DNA of 64,000 nucleotides from Candidatus Woesearchaeota archaeon. GTDB lineage: Archaea; Nanobdellota; Nanobdellia; Woesearchaeales; JAZDKJ01. The notes beneath the pieces are model-generated. The model ran no database searches, was not told the origin of the DNA, and worked only from the letters and a program-made list of their open reading frames with translations. The DNA is taken from contig JAZDKJ010000002.1 of the NCBI GenBank assembly GCA_043803105.1, forward strand, positions 32,001 through 96,000, written 5' to 3'. The translations under genes were made by a program, and so were the position numbers. Of this stretch, positions 48,701-57,956 are shown one piece after another. Every line of letters starts with the position of its first letter. The first letter of the stretch is position 1.

Positions 48701-51700
48701 TGCAGTGGTGTTTGCCTTCCTCCAGATTATCTGGTCTGTGATGTTGCGCATCGTATTGCTCTTGGTGTAGTTCAAAAGCACTGTTAGCGGCAGCGTGTCA
48801 TTTACCTTTGCTGTGAAGTTGATGTACCATGAGCTCTTGACATAAGTCACGTTTGAGGTGAAGTTTAGCACCCTTGGTTTCGCTGCAGTTACGTTTAAGC
48901 CTGACAGTCCTGTCATGTTGCAGTTGCCTACATTGTCGCAAGCTGTAATGTTGATTGCATGGTTTGTGCTTGTTGTTGTTATTCCAAGCTCTGCAGGGGT
49001 TGTTATCCTGCTGTAATTCCCGTTTGACAGGCTCATAGTGTATTCAGGGTTCCCGTCATACTTTACTGTCACGTTCCTTACACCATTTGTGTCGCTCACG
49101 TTTGCCCATACCTTCAGGTATTGGTTTGTCCCGATTTTCTTGCTAGTCACATTGAATGCTTTCCTGTTGAATTTCGGTGGGACATTGTCAATCGTTAAGG
49201 CGAGTGTTGTGGTCGAATTTATGTTGCCTGCACTGTCAATGGCTATGAACCTTAGCGTGCAGGTTCCAGAATTTGCGCATCCAAGAGCAGTTGGTGTCAC
49301 CGGCGCGCTGACCCATGTATTGCCGACAGAGTTGGACATTGCTGTGCCATTGCCTGTAACGCTCACTATGCTGCTGTCAATGTCAGAGGCGTTTACGGTT
49401 AGTATTATTGAGTCTGTGCTTTTCACCTTGCTGTCAGCGTCGCTTGTTGCTGGGGCAAGCACTCTTGGTTTCCTTTCATCGACTATTACTGAAAGTGTTG
49501 TTGTGGTGTTCTTGTTGCCAACTATGTCAGTTGCCACAAAATTTAGCGTGCATGTTCCGTTTGTCTTGCAGAACCATGACATTCTTGGGACCAGGCTGAA
49601 ATATTGCCCGCTCCTAGTCATTGCTGTCTGGTTTATCGAGCTGTTCAGCTGGACTGTCGAGATATTAAGGTCTGCCACAGTCACATTGAATTTTGCCCAC
49701 TGGTAGCTTCTCAATATTGAATCATTTGTTAACGCCAGCGAAACCTGCGGCTTGCTGTCATCGATGTGTAAAGTCAGGGTTGAGGTATTAGACCTTCCAC
49801 TGTAATCACTTGCGTTGAAAGTCAGTATGTGTGTCCCATCCCCGCTGATTCCAAGTGCACTCAGGTTTGTGCGGATTCTCCAAATATCTGGCCTTCCGCT
49901 GACCTTTGAGAGGGCTGTGTGGTTGACGGTTACCCTCGCTACAGCTATTACATCAGTCACGTTTGCCGTAAGGTTGATGTTGTCTGTTGACCTGACCCAT
50001 CTGTCACCGTCTGTGGACACGTTCAGCATGTTGATTCTGGGGCTCTGCAGATCTACGGTTAAAGTCCTGTTGATGGTTGCAAACGTGCAGTTGCCGGCAA
50101 TGTCGCAGGCAAAGCAGTTCCACTTGTATGAGCCTTCTGCAAAGCTTATCGGTATGGAATAGCTTCCGTTTACTCCTGAGCTGTTGGTCTCGTTTGCGTG
50201 CCATGTACTTCCAATGTTGTGGTAGATACTCACGTTCTTTAGGTTGGCGTCTGCAGCAGTGCAAATGAGGCTGTTGCTGGCTATTGAGCTGTTGTAGCCA
50301 TTGATTGGGCTTATGAGGTTCACTGACGGAGCTATGTGGTCTGAGGCTGGTGTTGTATTAAATGTATAATTTGATTCTGCAAATGCAAAGTCACCAGGGT
50401 CGATTGTGCTTTCGCATTTAACATTCCATAAAGAGGTACCTATGCTGTCCGTAATGATGGTAAGGTTTGCACTCGAGGTCAGGGTAGAGTTCGTAGGCAA
50501 AGTCTCTGGCCATAAGTACATAATTTCAAAGTTTCCATAACCATTGGACCATAAACTACAGTTCACATAGAGCAGTCCGCCAATATTGTTTGATGTCACA
50601 TTGAATTTTAGATTAATCGAGGTATTTATCTCTGCGACAGTTCCGTTTCCTGGAGTCATCAATTTGATAGTTATGTTTGTGCCTTGTACCTCGCTTGCAT
50701 TCAGGATTAGCGATCCTCCAGGCAGGTCGTCGCTGGAATTCAGTTTTATTGTTGCATTTGTTGAGAGCACAGCAATCACGTCGAAGTAGCTTAAGCCTGC
50801 GCTTGTAGCCCAAAGTGTCAGGTTTAGTATTCTTTTTTGGTAAGCACTGAATTGAACGTTGTTAAGCCTTGGGTATGAGCCGTTAATCCTGTAGCTCATT
50901 CCTGCTCCCCTGCTCACAACGCTTATATTGTATGTTCTCGTAAAGTTATCGCCATTTGTTACATTGATTAGTTTTGTGTTGTTTAAACCCACAGAGACTG
51001 CCAAATTGTTCCAGACAGTCGCGAACGTCAGTGTATAATTGACTCCGCCGCTTGTAGTATAAGTTGAGAAGCCGTAGGTTACCGGAATCTTCCAGTATGA
51101 GTATTGCTCGCCGCCTATGGTTCCCGAATTGAGCTTGAGTGTATCGCTTGTTATGGTCTCGCAGTTCTCTCCTGAGTCATCACACTTTGTCAGGTCTTGT
51201 CCGTCTGCCGGCAGCCTGACTATTATGAACTCTGCGCCCAGCTTTTGAGCTATCTCAAGCCACAAGCCGTTTGCCATTCCCACAACATATTTGCCTGATG
51301 TGAAATTCGCAAGCATCGAGTCTGTAAGCTTCAGGCTTGTCGCAGTTGCAAGGTCTGCATTCACAAATGTTATCTCCCAAAAGTTAGGTGTGCCGGGGAT
51401 CGGTCCCTTAAAGGTGAGGTTCACATTGTTAGTGTAGTTGAAATTTATGAAATTGCCTTTGGTGAGTTTTTGGCTGTTTATGCTAACGTTCATGTTATCA
51501 ACAAAATTGTTGCCTGTGTTTGAAAGGTTGAACATCAGTGTTACGTTTTGCTTTGAACCTCTTGTTGTGAAGTTCATGCATTTGCTTTGTCCGCAATTTG
51601 CAGGATCTGCCCTATCGCAATTCCTGATTTTGTAGAAATAGGTTGTGCTCTGATAAAGATTAAAGCCAAGCCTGTTCTGGTAATTGTCAACCATCACATT

Positions 51701-54700
51701 GTGCCATGGCTTAAACTGCATTTCTGCCTGGAACCCTGGCTGGAATGGCTCCATGATAGTGATGTAGTTCCCGCTGCAGGTCGAGCTTGTGTTGTAGAAG
51801 TATAGGCTTCCGTTTGTCGGCTCGTTAGTTGACCACATTACAAATGCTCCCATGTCAAACTCCTGCACTGTGTTCATGCTGACTCTTGGAGCCTCTTTGT
51901 CCATCAACGGATTGTATTGCCCTTGGCACCATGGCGCAAAGCTGCAATCTGAGTCATTGCAATTGGCATTGCCGTCAAGGTCTTCGTCTCCTGGCCTCAT
52001 GCAGTCTTCTATGGGCATGTATTTTCCCTCGCCCATTGTAGCGAATGCGGCACCGCATTTTGTCGGCTCCTTAAAGCAGTCCACTGGATTGAAGTCCACG
52101 CTTCCTGGAGTGTAGTAAGCCTCAAGCTGGTCAAAAGCTTTGATTCTCGAAAAATTGCTCCACCACGACCCGTTTACAGTCACAGCAATTACCCTGAGCG
52201 TGTCCTTGGGGTTGTTGATGTCAGACTTTTGTGTCATTACAACTGCAGGTGCAGCTTCAGTAAATGGTCCACCATCTTCCTCTGGCGGATTGCAGAGCAT
52301 GTCGGGCATTGCTGACAGCCTCATTGCTGAGATAACCCATTGGTTCTGGGTCTCGTTTAAGCATTTGTATGCAGTATAAGTTATGCTGCCGTTAACGTAC
52401 ATTTTTATTATGAACTCAAGCCCGTTGTAGTTTGTCTGCCCAACCCTGATTTGGCATCCTGTATCGTTGCGCTGGTCAGTGTCAAGAGCAAATATCAGCC
52501 TTAGTGCGTTTGTGCCAGTAAGGTTGCATTGTTGACCAGTCAGCTTCAATGTGCTAACGTTGCGCAGCATTGCTCCAAAGAATATGGATTTTGCTCCATC
52601 TTTAACTCCCGTGCCGAGAATGTCTGCATATGTACGATCAGGTGGAGTATCATATGGCTGGTCTGTTCCGATCATTACAGGCGGGCCATTATCCATTCCC
52701 TGGAACATAAAGTCCTGCATTGCCTGGAAAGGGTCTTGTCCTGCAAACTGTCCTCCTCCGGTCAGAGTGTCAATGCCTCCCCCGCATTCAGAAACAGTAT
52801 AGCACTCAGCTTTGTCCATGCAATCGATCAGTGCATCATTATCATTATCTATTCCGTCAAAACATATCTCATACGTGGAATTCTTGTTGCAGAGGTAATA
52901 AGACAGGCTCCAGTTCCAGCCATCGCTTTCACAGCTCTGCTTGCTTGTGCATCCATTCCAGTCCTGGGCTGTGCACGAGGGAACCTTGAATCCTTTTACT
53001 TCGCAGAATCCTTTGCCGCTAAATGGGTCAGTGAACCACTGGCAGCCACCATAACCAGTACTGCCGCCATTTGCTTTGCTGTAGTTACATTGCAGGTCTG
53101 CAAAGCATGCATAGCAGTCGTTGCTGCAGTCTCCTCCTCCACCTCCTTCGAATGGATTGAAGCTCTCAACGCAGATCTTCGGCGGGCTTCCTTTCGGGTT
53201 TGTGGTCCATTGGCATATTCCTGTTGCGCTTGTATTGCACGCAGTTTCGTTTTGGCATGAGAAACATGCATTGCTGCAATCATTGAACTGGGCAAAATCA
53301 GGTTCGCACCTGTGGAACTGTGTATTGTACTTGCATGCGAAATCATCAGTTCCGTTATTGCAATTTTGCTCGCTATTATCAAACTGGAAGCAGTTCATTC
53401 CTCCCTCTTTTGGCCCTGCTCCCATGAATGGGTCATTTCCTGCTCCTCCCCTGAGCATGTCATTCGGACCTCCTCCCTCGTTTGCATTGTTCTCAGTGAA
53501 GCTATTGGTCTCAAAGTTCATTCCTGTGATAGGTATGATTGTGCTCTTCTTGACCGCAATTGTCATTGTTGAAGGCTGCGTGTTGCAGGTCGCCCCTGTT
53601 TTTGATATGTTCACATACACAGGTATGCTCTTATTGTAGGTAAAGCAGTAGCCGCTTCCCCCAAGACAAGTAGGCGCAACTGCATCATATTGCCACATCT
53701 CTCCAAATCCGTCAAGGTTTACTATGAATTGGTAATCAGATCCTGGGAAGCAGTTAGTGCATCCTGTTGACTGGTTGTTGTCTGCATCAAACTCGACAAA
53801 TATTCTGAGGTTCTTGTTGCCTCCGCAGAATTTTGCATTACTTATGTCTGGTGCAAGTACCTGCCAATAGACAAAGTCTTGGTCCTGGTCAACCCATACA
53901 CCTCCCATGTCATATGCAAGGCTTGCCCCCGGGCAGTTTTCTCCGGGCATTGTTCCCTGAACTACGTTTGGTGCAGCACCGTTGTAGCATCCTGGCCCGT
54001 TTGCTGCATAAGGTGGCTTGCTGAAGTCCATCATGGCCCAGTTGGGCTTTGCTGCCCCGCATGCATCCTCATAGCTATCCACAAGCCAGTCGCAGTCATT
54101 GTCTTTTCCATTGCCACAGTTATGCGCAACCAAGGGCTTTATTGCCGGATTTGTTTCATCGCAATCTTTTTTTCCGCAGCCGAATTTTCCAGAGCTGTTG
54201 AATCCATCTCCGTCAAGGTCTTCGCAATTCTTGTTCATGATGAATGTCCAGTTCTTGGTAATGTTTCCCAGAAGGGTGTTTGTTCCGTTAGTGCAGTTGA
54301 CATTCCATTTGTATGCTCCGTTCCTTGGCGACACGCTGAACCTTTGTGTGCCAGGGGTTACATTTAGTGTTGCAGTTGCATTCCAAATGCCTGAGAAATT
54401 TGTTAATAGCGAGCAGTTGCTGTTTCTTGTGACCTGGTATGATAGGTTTACTAATGCGCTTGTGAACTGTGTTCCTATGGGCGGCCCGTTTAGCTTCATA
54501 AAGAAAGGCTGCATGTCCTGCTGCCTGTTGAACGTCCAGTTCTCAGCTGACCATATAGTCCATTTCGGGTTGAAGCATTTGATTTTCCACTTGTAGGTTC
54601 CTGGCGCAAGGTTTGCGGTCACTGTTATGTTGCGAAGGCCCGTCAGGTTAATGCCTGTCTCGTTCGCTCTCCATTCATTGCTGAAGTTTGTGTACAGTGT

Positions 54701-55198
54701 GCAGTTCCAGTTCATTGGCGTGGTTCTGAATTGGTTGAACTTGAAGACATAGGGCACTGATGGGCCTGATATATTCGCCTTGTCCGCTGGCTGCATCGGT
54801 TGGATTGGATTGTTGACATTTATTGTATAATTGTTTGTGGCGTTTATCCACCAGCTCTTGGTTCCATTGGTGGTGCAATTGACGTTCCACTTGTATGCTC
54901 CGAGCGGAAGGTCGAAACCCATCGGAATGACATAATTTCCTGCGCTGAGGTTCCCGCCTGCAGTTATGTTCTTTATTGTATCGTTTGTTCTCCAGCTCCC
55001 TGCGAAGTTTGACCACAAGGTGCAGTTGTTGAACCTCGTGCTCACATTAAAGCTTGCAGTGGCTAATCCCATGGGGTTTTTCGCATCATAGTTATCACTA
55101 GGGTATATTAGCTTGTCGACGACAGAATAGACGCAGATTGACAGAAGTATCATAGCAGTTACGACTGCTAGTAACCAAAGTAGGCCTCTTTTTTGCAT
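45704..55198 (-). CDS. giant (3164 aa) cell-surface glycoprotein/adhesin with PGF-pre-PGF domain
   Basis: Signal peptide, Ig-like repeats (YKWNVNC), Cys-rich DxDxD modules, many NxS/T sequons, TPGFSYFVI, C-terminal TM and short tail. Confidence 0.9.
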   Translation of the reverse strand: MQKRGLLWLLAVVTAMILLSICVYSVVDKLIYPSDNYDAKNPMGLATASFNVSTRFNNCTLWSNFAGSWRTNDTIKNITAGGNLSAGNYVIPMGFDLPLGAYKWNVNCTTNGTKSWWINATNNYTINVNNPIQPMQPADKANISGPSVPYVFKFNQFRTTPMNWNCTLYTNFSNEWRANETGINLTGLRNITVTANLAPGTYKWKIKCFNPKWTIWSAENWTFNRQQDMQPFFMKLNGPPIGTQFTSALVNLSYQVTRNSNCSLLTNFSGIWNATATLNVTPGTQRFSVSPRNGAYKWNVNCTNGTNTLLGNITKNWTFIMNKNCEDLDGDGFNSSGKFGCGKKDCDETNPAIKPLVAHNCGNGKDNDCDWLVDSYEDACGAAKPNWAMMDFSKPPYAANGPGCYNGAAPNVVQGTMPGENCPGASLAYDMGGVWVDQDQDFVYWQVLAPDISNAKFCGGNKNLRIFVEFDADNNQSTGCTNCFPGSDYQFIVNLDGFGEMWQYDAVAPTCLGGSGYCFTYNKSIPVYVNISKTGATCNTQPSTMTIAVKKSTIIPITGMNFETNSFTENNANEGGGPNDMLRGGAGNDPFMGAGPKEGGMNCFQFDNSEQNCNNGTDDFACKYNTQFHRCEPDFAQFNDCSNACFSCQNETACNTSATGICQWTTNPKGSPPKICVESFNPFEGGGGGDCSNDCYACFADLQCNYSKANGGSTGYGGCQWFTDPFSGKGFCEVKGFKVPSCTAQDWNGCTSKQSCESDGWNWSLSYYLCNKNSTYEICFDGIDNDNDALIDCMDKAECYTVSECGGGIDTLTGGGQFAGQDPFQAMQDFMFQGMDNGPPVMIGTDQPYDTPPDRTYADILGTGVKDGAKSIFFGAMLRNVSTLKLTGQQCNLTGTNALRLIFALDTDQRNDTGCQIRVGQTNYNGLEFIIKMYVNGSITYTAYKCLNETQNQWVISAMRLSAMPDMLCNPPEEDGGPFTEAAPAVVMTQKSDINNPKDTLRVIAVTVNGSWWSNFSRIKAFDQLEAYYTPGSVDFNPVDCFKEPTKCGAAFATMGEGKYMPIEDCMRPGDEDLDGNANCNDSDCSFAPWCQGQYNPLMDKEAPRVSMNTVQEFDMGAFVMWSTNEPTNGSLYFYNTSSTCSGNYITIMEPFQPGFQAEMQFKPWHNVMVDNYQNRLGFNLYQSTTYFYKIRNCDRADPANCGQSKCMNFTTRGSKQNVTLMFNLSNTGNNFVDNMNVSINSQKLTKGNFINFNYTNNVNLTFKGPIPGTPNFWEITFVNADLATATSLKLTDSMLANFTSGKYVVGMANGLWLEIAQKLGAEFIIVRLPADGQDLTKCDDSGENCETITSDTLKLNSGTIGGEQYSYWKIPVTYGFSTYTTSGGVNYTLTFATVWNNLAVSVGLNNTKLINVTNGDNFTRTYNISVVSRGAGMSYRINGSYPRLNNVQFSAYQKRILNLTLWATSAGLSYFDVIAVLSTNATIKLNSSDDLPGGSLILNASEVQGTNITIKLMTPGNGTVAEINTSINLKFNVTSNNIGGLLYVNCSLWSNGYGNFEIMYLWPETLPTNSTLTSSANLTIITDSIGTSLWNVKCESTIDPGDFAFAESNYTFNTTPASDHIAPSVNLISPINGYNSSIASNSLICTAADANLKNVSIYHNIGSTWHANETNSSGVNGSYSIPISFAEGSYKWNCFACDIAGNCTFATINRTLTVDLQSPRINMLNVSTDGDRWVRSTDNINLTANVTDVIAVARVTVNHTALSKVSGRPDIWRIRTNLSALGISGDGTHILTFNASDYSGRSNTSTLTLHIDDSKPQVSLALTNDSILRSYQWAKFNVTVADLNISTVQLNSSINQTAMTRSGQYFSLVPRMSWFCKTNGTCTLNFVATDIVGNKNTTTTLSVIVDERKPRVLAPATSDADSKVKSTDSIILTVNASDIDSSIVSVTGNGTAMSNSVGNTWVSAPVTPTALGCANSGTCTLRFIAIDSAGNINSTTTLALTIDNVPPKFNRKAFNVTSKKIGTNQYLKVWANVSDTNGVRNVTVKYDGNPEYTMSLSNGNYSRITTPAELGITTTSTNHAINITACDNVGNCNMTGLSGLNVTAAKPRVLNFTSNVTYVKSSWYINFTAKVNDTLPLTVLLNYTKSNTMRNITDQIIWRKANTTAALGCSNAENVCSFNIIATDSIGNTNNSVRLNIIIDDLKPRVTNFSIDDADRYVRSYRDNIFIVHVNDANISTVKINGTDLTNIYGDTWLVPLTADFKGCLGNTSCSLYISAVDKLGNTNSTVSMTLAIDDVAPKITIHSLTNHTNISSRLVNFTITDNMAMRNSSIMVTGTGVSNYSIGYCTGNNTKLRCAFNAVMSQGAHNLKINLTDKADNNATATVSFLYDNVAPAISGQYVPTTTVSTAASTIVLKYSINDSTAGMSQAWFKLDGQATKYYLNHSRRNTTITERANLSAGTHSLIIYANDTSKNSNSVSVGAFYVLARVNLTNFTGSMERGDAKEVEIYLENGSLATGQLYFNRTIREVIVANSTTGGVNSTINITVYGTNIAIGNAHKPKLTVNLTSIIASAIAAKVGGAKLNAFVMYQNMSYMINDSNYKNASGHAQWVQVHIQRALGTNYVIFIGDDFGTQVYVLGNCAGNARPTTTPSAANACYTNSSTWTKVWVPHLSGAGLANPNNAPSYSITLPAATITDSKLTFSGMIYDLNLNASSCWYNLSKGALTLTRSGTTPSLSQGTTNYSFSISYAGESWFLNLTNETKYNISISCASLGNGNRSSSRTQFLVNDITIPDVSTTVTAADTAASIALTGESYEAFNYTVGYYLSSTKAITNTSSSSFQTEHTISLTTLSDETTYNYTYKYCDRTGNCNTSKQQFTTEATAVTQTPPSSGGGGGGIAKSLTTISKYWDILRQGQNSMSIASAAYGIKKVVFQVSNNTRKASIQVQRFTGKPTDVAEPSGAVYKYLQITLTNIKEEVLSGIEVQFNVPVEWLTNAKAEDVRLKRYVNGAWVELATQIAATGTKDVSFKAQTPGFSYFVIGLKAEEAAAQQPAAPSNETTPPAATGEATAQPTEETTPVPEAQPVTKPKTKMPGTVLLILAVAAVLALAGYLLFKTRKIPRIEREAKAFVEKARKAGKHDFQIADELRRADWPEEKIRKMLKKK

Positions 55199-55342
55199 TA
55201 AAACACCCCAGTGTTATCTGTTTTCATAAAAACCTCCAGTATATATTATTTAAATGTTTCCATTTGAGTATCTATTTTGCATCAGTTATATTGCTATGTG
55301 GATATTTGGCTCTTGCTGTTATTCTGTCCATATAAATGAGAA

Positions 55343-55903
55343 TTAGAGGAGTTCTTCCGCCAAAATCCTCTCGAGCAATTCAATCCTTTTCTTGTTTGTT
55401 GCAAGCTTTCTGTTTGCTTCTTCCACTAACAGTTTCACATATTCTTTTGCTGCTATGACTTTTCCATTTGTTGCAAACAGTGTCTCCATTGCCTCAGTTC
55501 CCACGAGTTCTGCAATTATTCGTGTCTTTACTGATATTATTCCTGAGTGCTTGAGTCCTGCCTTTCGTGCGCAATCAAGCAGCCTGTCAGCTGACTCAAG
55601 GTCTTTGCAGCAGACGTGCAGGATTACTGATTCTTGTTTGAACCACACAGGGTTTTTTCCAATCTTTGAGAGGCATTCCACTACCTCCTCTGCTTTCGCT
55701 TTTGAGTGACTCGAGAAGATAAAGCGATTGTCGCACTTTCTCCTTTGCTTTTCCAGTACAACTATTCTTCCTGCGCACGAGCTTGTGGTGTAATAGTTAG
55801 GATGCTTGTTCAGTTGGTCTACCAGCGTGAGGATTTCTTTGTCTATTTCACCTTTCCTGCTTCTGTCTTTCCTTGGCAATGGTTTTTGGAACATACTAGT
55901 CAA
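55343..55903 (-). CDS. taw3: tRNA wyosine methyltransferase Taw3/TYW3
   Basis: DRSRKGEID, YYTTSSCAGRI, ILHV, GLKHSGI. Confidence 0.9.
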   Translation of the reverse strand: MTSMFQKPLPRKDRSRKGEIDKEILTLVDQLNKHPNYYTTSSCAGRIVVLEKQRRKCDNRFIFSSHSKAKAEEVVECLSKIGKNPVWFKQESVILHVCCKDLESADRLLDCARKAGLKHSGIISVKTRIIAELVGTEAMETLFATNGKVIAAKEYVKLLVEEANRKLATNKKRIELLERILAEELL

Positions 55904-55927
55904 AGATTCAAGAAATACTATAAAAAA

Positions 55928-56728
55928 CTATTTTTCAACCAGCTGCTTCATCTTGCTTACAAAGTCTTCCGCATCCTTGAGGTGCTTCTCGTACTGCGTG
56001 CCAGTCACCTCTTGTATTTCCCTGTGCATGATTTTTCTTGAGATTCCATAGAAGTTTTTCATTATGTGAGCATACCTTGCCTCGATTATTCCTGGCTTTA
56101 CCAGTTTGTCTTCTATCATATCTGCCACGTGCGCAGGGCTTGGGGGAATTTCTCCGTGCTTCATCAGTGCAGCATGCGCAGCGTCGATAACCGCCCAGTA
56201 AAGGTCAACCGTTGCCTGCATTATGTGCATCTTGGAGTTTTGCACTGTGGTTGGCGCCCTCATGAGGTATGTATATATTGATTCGTATGTCGGCCTGATT
56301 TTCCCGTCGTACAGGAGCGCCTGTATCGGGTCAAAGAATCCAGTGTCCAGGAGCGCAACTCCGTCGCGCAGTATGTTTATCGCTATAGGGTCTCCCTTCC
56401 TTACAAGGTCCCAGAAGTTGGTGAACTTTAGTGTAGTGAGGTGTATTCTCCTGTTTGTCTCTCCTACCAGGCGCTGCATTATTATCCTGTACGCCTCGAC
56501 TGCCTCCGGGCTTAGTTCAATTGTGAGGTCATTTACCACTACCATTATGTCTATGTCCATCCTTGAGGTGGTGTTCTTTCTTGCCGCGCTTCCGAACAAT
56601 ACCACAGCCTTGCAGAATGTGCCGAATTCTTTGTATGCTTTCTTTGCAAACTCTCTTGCTGTGTCTAGGTCTTCCTGAGAATACTTCCTCACATGAGGAT
56701 TCGCTTTCTGGTTTATCTTGAATTCCAT
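55928..56728 (-). CDS. minimal nucleotidyltransferase fused to HEPN-like helical domain
   Basis: LFGSAAR...DIDI; C-terminal LYWAVIDAAHAAL...RKIMH. Confidence 0.82.
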   Translation of the reverse strand: MEFKINQKANPHVRKYSQEDLDTAREFAKKAYKEFGTFCKAVVLFGSAARKNTTSRMDIDIMVVVNDLTIELSPEAVEAYRIIMQRLVGETNRRIHLTTLKFTNFWDLVRKGDPIAINILRDGVALLDTGFFDPIQALLYDGKIRPTYESIYTYLMRAPTTVQNSKMHIMQATVDLYWAVIDAAHAALMKHGEIPPSPAHVADMIEDKLVKPGIIEARYAHIMKNFYGISRKIMHREIQEVTGTQYEKHLKDAEDFVSKMKQLVEK

Positions 56729-56792
56729 CCCCGCACTGATGCTCAGATTACCATATATTAACTTTTTTGACTATTTTGTAATGGCTACAAGT

Positions 56793-57326
56793 CTAGAATT
56801 CGTTCCTTGAGAATATGCTCACAGGGGTGCTGTGTGCAATAAAGCTCATGTCATGTTTGAACATTGTGGGATGGTAATGTGGGCCATAGACTATGAGCTT
56901 GCCATTCAGCTCATTTGCAAGCTTTAGTTCAAGTTTGTGGTTTAGGCTATCAGGGTAATAGAAGATTATGTCGTAGTTTTTCAGGTTGTGCTCATGATAA
57001 TCGCCATTCAAGAGGTTTGCCTTTATCTTCAGCCGCTTCTTTATCTCTTGTGCCTTGTCATGCAGCTCCTTGTCTATCTCTATGCCTGTTGCACTGGTAA
57101 AGAGCGATGCCACCATTACTGCCTTTCCGTCGCCACTGCCTATGTCTATGAACCTCTTGTAATTTTGTAGCCTCAGCCTTTGAAAGAGTGTGTATAGGTC
57201 GTCAGCCACTGACATTGACCAATACCCAACCCCTGTGTCCTTTAAGGGCAGCCTTCCCCTGCTCAAGAGCTGGTTGTAGAACTTGTCATACTCGCTTTTG
57301 ATGGAGAGAAACTTGGCTAGGTTCAT
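56793..57326 (-). CDS. small class I SAM methyltransferase
   Basis: FIDIGSGDGK, GIEID, NGDY, YDIIFYYP. Confidence 0.85.
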   Translation of the reverse strand: MNLAKFLSIKSEYDKFYNQLLSRGRLPLKDTGVGYWSMSVADDLYTLFQRLRLQNYKRFIDIGSGDGKAVMVASLFTSATGIEIDKELHDKAQEIKKRLKIKANLLNGDYHEHNLKNYDIIFYYPDSLNHKLELKLANELNGKLIVYGPHYHPTMFKHDMSFIAHSTPVSIFSRNEF

Positions 57327-57363
57327 CGGTTGTTTGTACCAAGCGCACTATATAAAATTTGCG

Positions 57364-57891
57364 TTAGATGCTTACCATGTCATAGCGTATCTTGTTATCA
57401 GAACTGTTCGCAAGCTTCCATACATCAAACAATGATTTCTTCATTGGGTTGACATAGACCTCAATCCCTAACTGGTTCCTTATCTTTGCTGCTCGAAGTA
57501 TCTCGTTGATAGTCTCATCGTCAAATTTAGGGTGAAAAAAATCTTGGTCCTCTGTTGCCTTTGGTGCATCGTAGATGAAATATGTGTTTGACGAATAGTC
57601 ATTCTCCTTTATTGTGCTCTTGTAGTTGAAAAGTGCTTCATAATCCACAGCCCTTGCTTCTGATGCCTCGTAGGCAGCCCTTTCTTCAAGGCTGATCTCA
57701 TCTTGTAGAGACTCTTCAAGCTTGTCTTCCAGGTCGTCAGAATCAATGACCAGGCTTATCTTGTCACCAACAATGACAAAGCTTATTGGATTCTCTTTCT
57801 TCTTTGGGCTAATTCCAAGCATTAACGGCAAGAGTTCGTTTATCGTGCTTGTTCTTGTCGAGGCTCCCATGTTGGATATTGTATCCAACAT
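57364..57891 (-). CDS. hypothetical acidic protein
   Basis: 175-aa ATG ORF; no motif recognised. Confidence 0.6.
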   Translation of the reverse strand: MLDTISNMGASTRTSTINELLPLMLGISPKKKENPISFVIVGDKISLVIDSDDLEDKLEESLQDEISLEERAAYEASEARAVDYEALFNYKSTIKENDYSSNTYFIYDAPKATEDQDFFHPKFDDETINEILRAAKIRNQLGIEVYVNPMKKSLFDVWKLANSSDNKIRYDMVSI

Positions 57892-57956
57892 AGCTTATTT
57901 ATATAGTTTTGCATAAGCAGTTAGCTTTAAATCTCAACGCGCATTTTCTTAATACC

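Noticed and set aside
45704-55198. Many antisense ORFs of 60-240 aa inside the giant gene and other long CDS
   Set aside because: Shadow ORFs from codon bias, with no motifs or RBS
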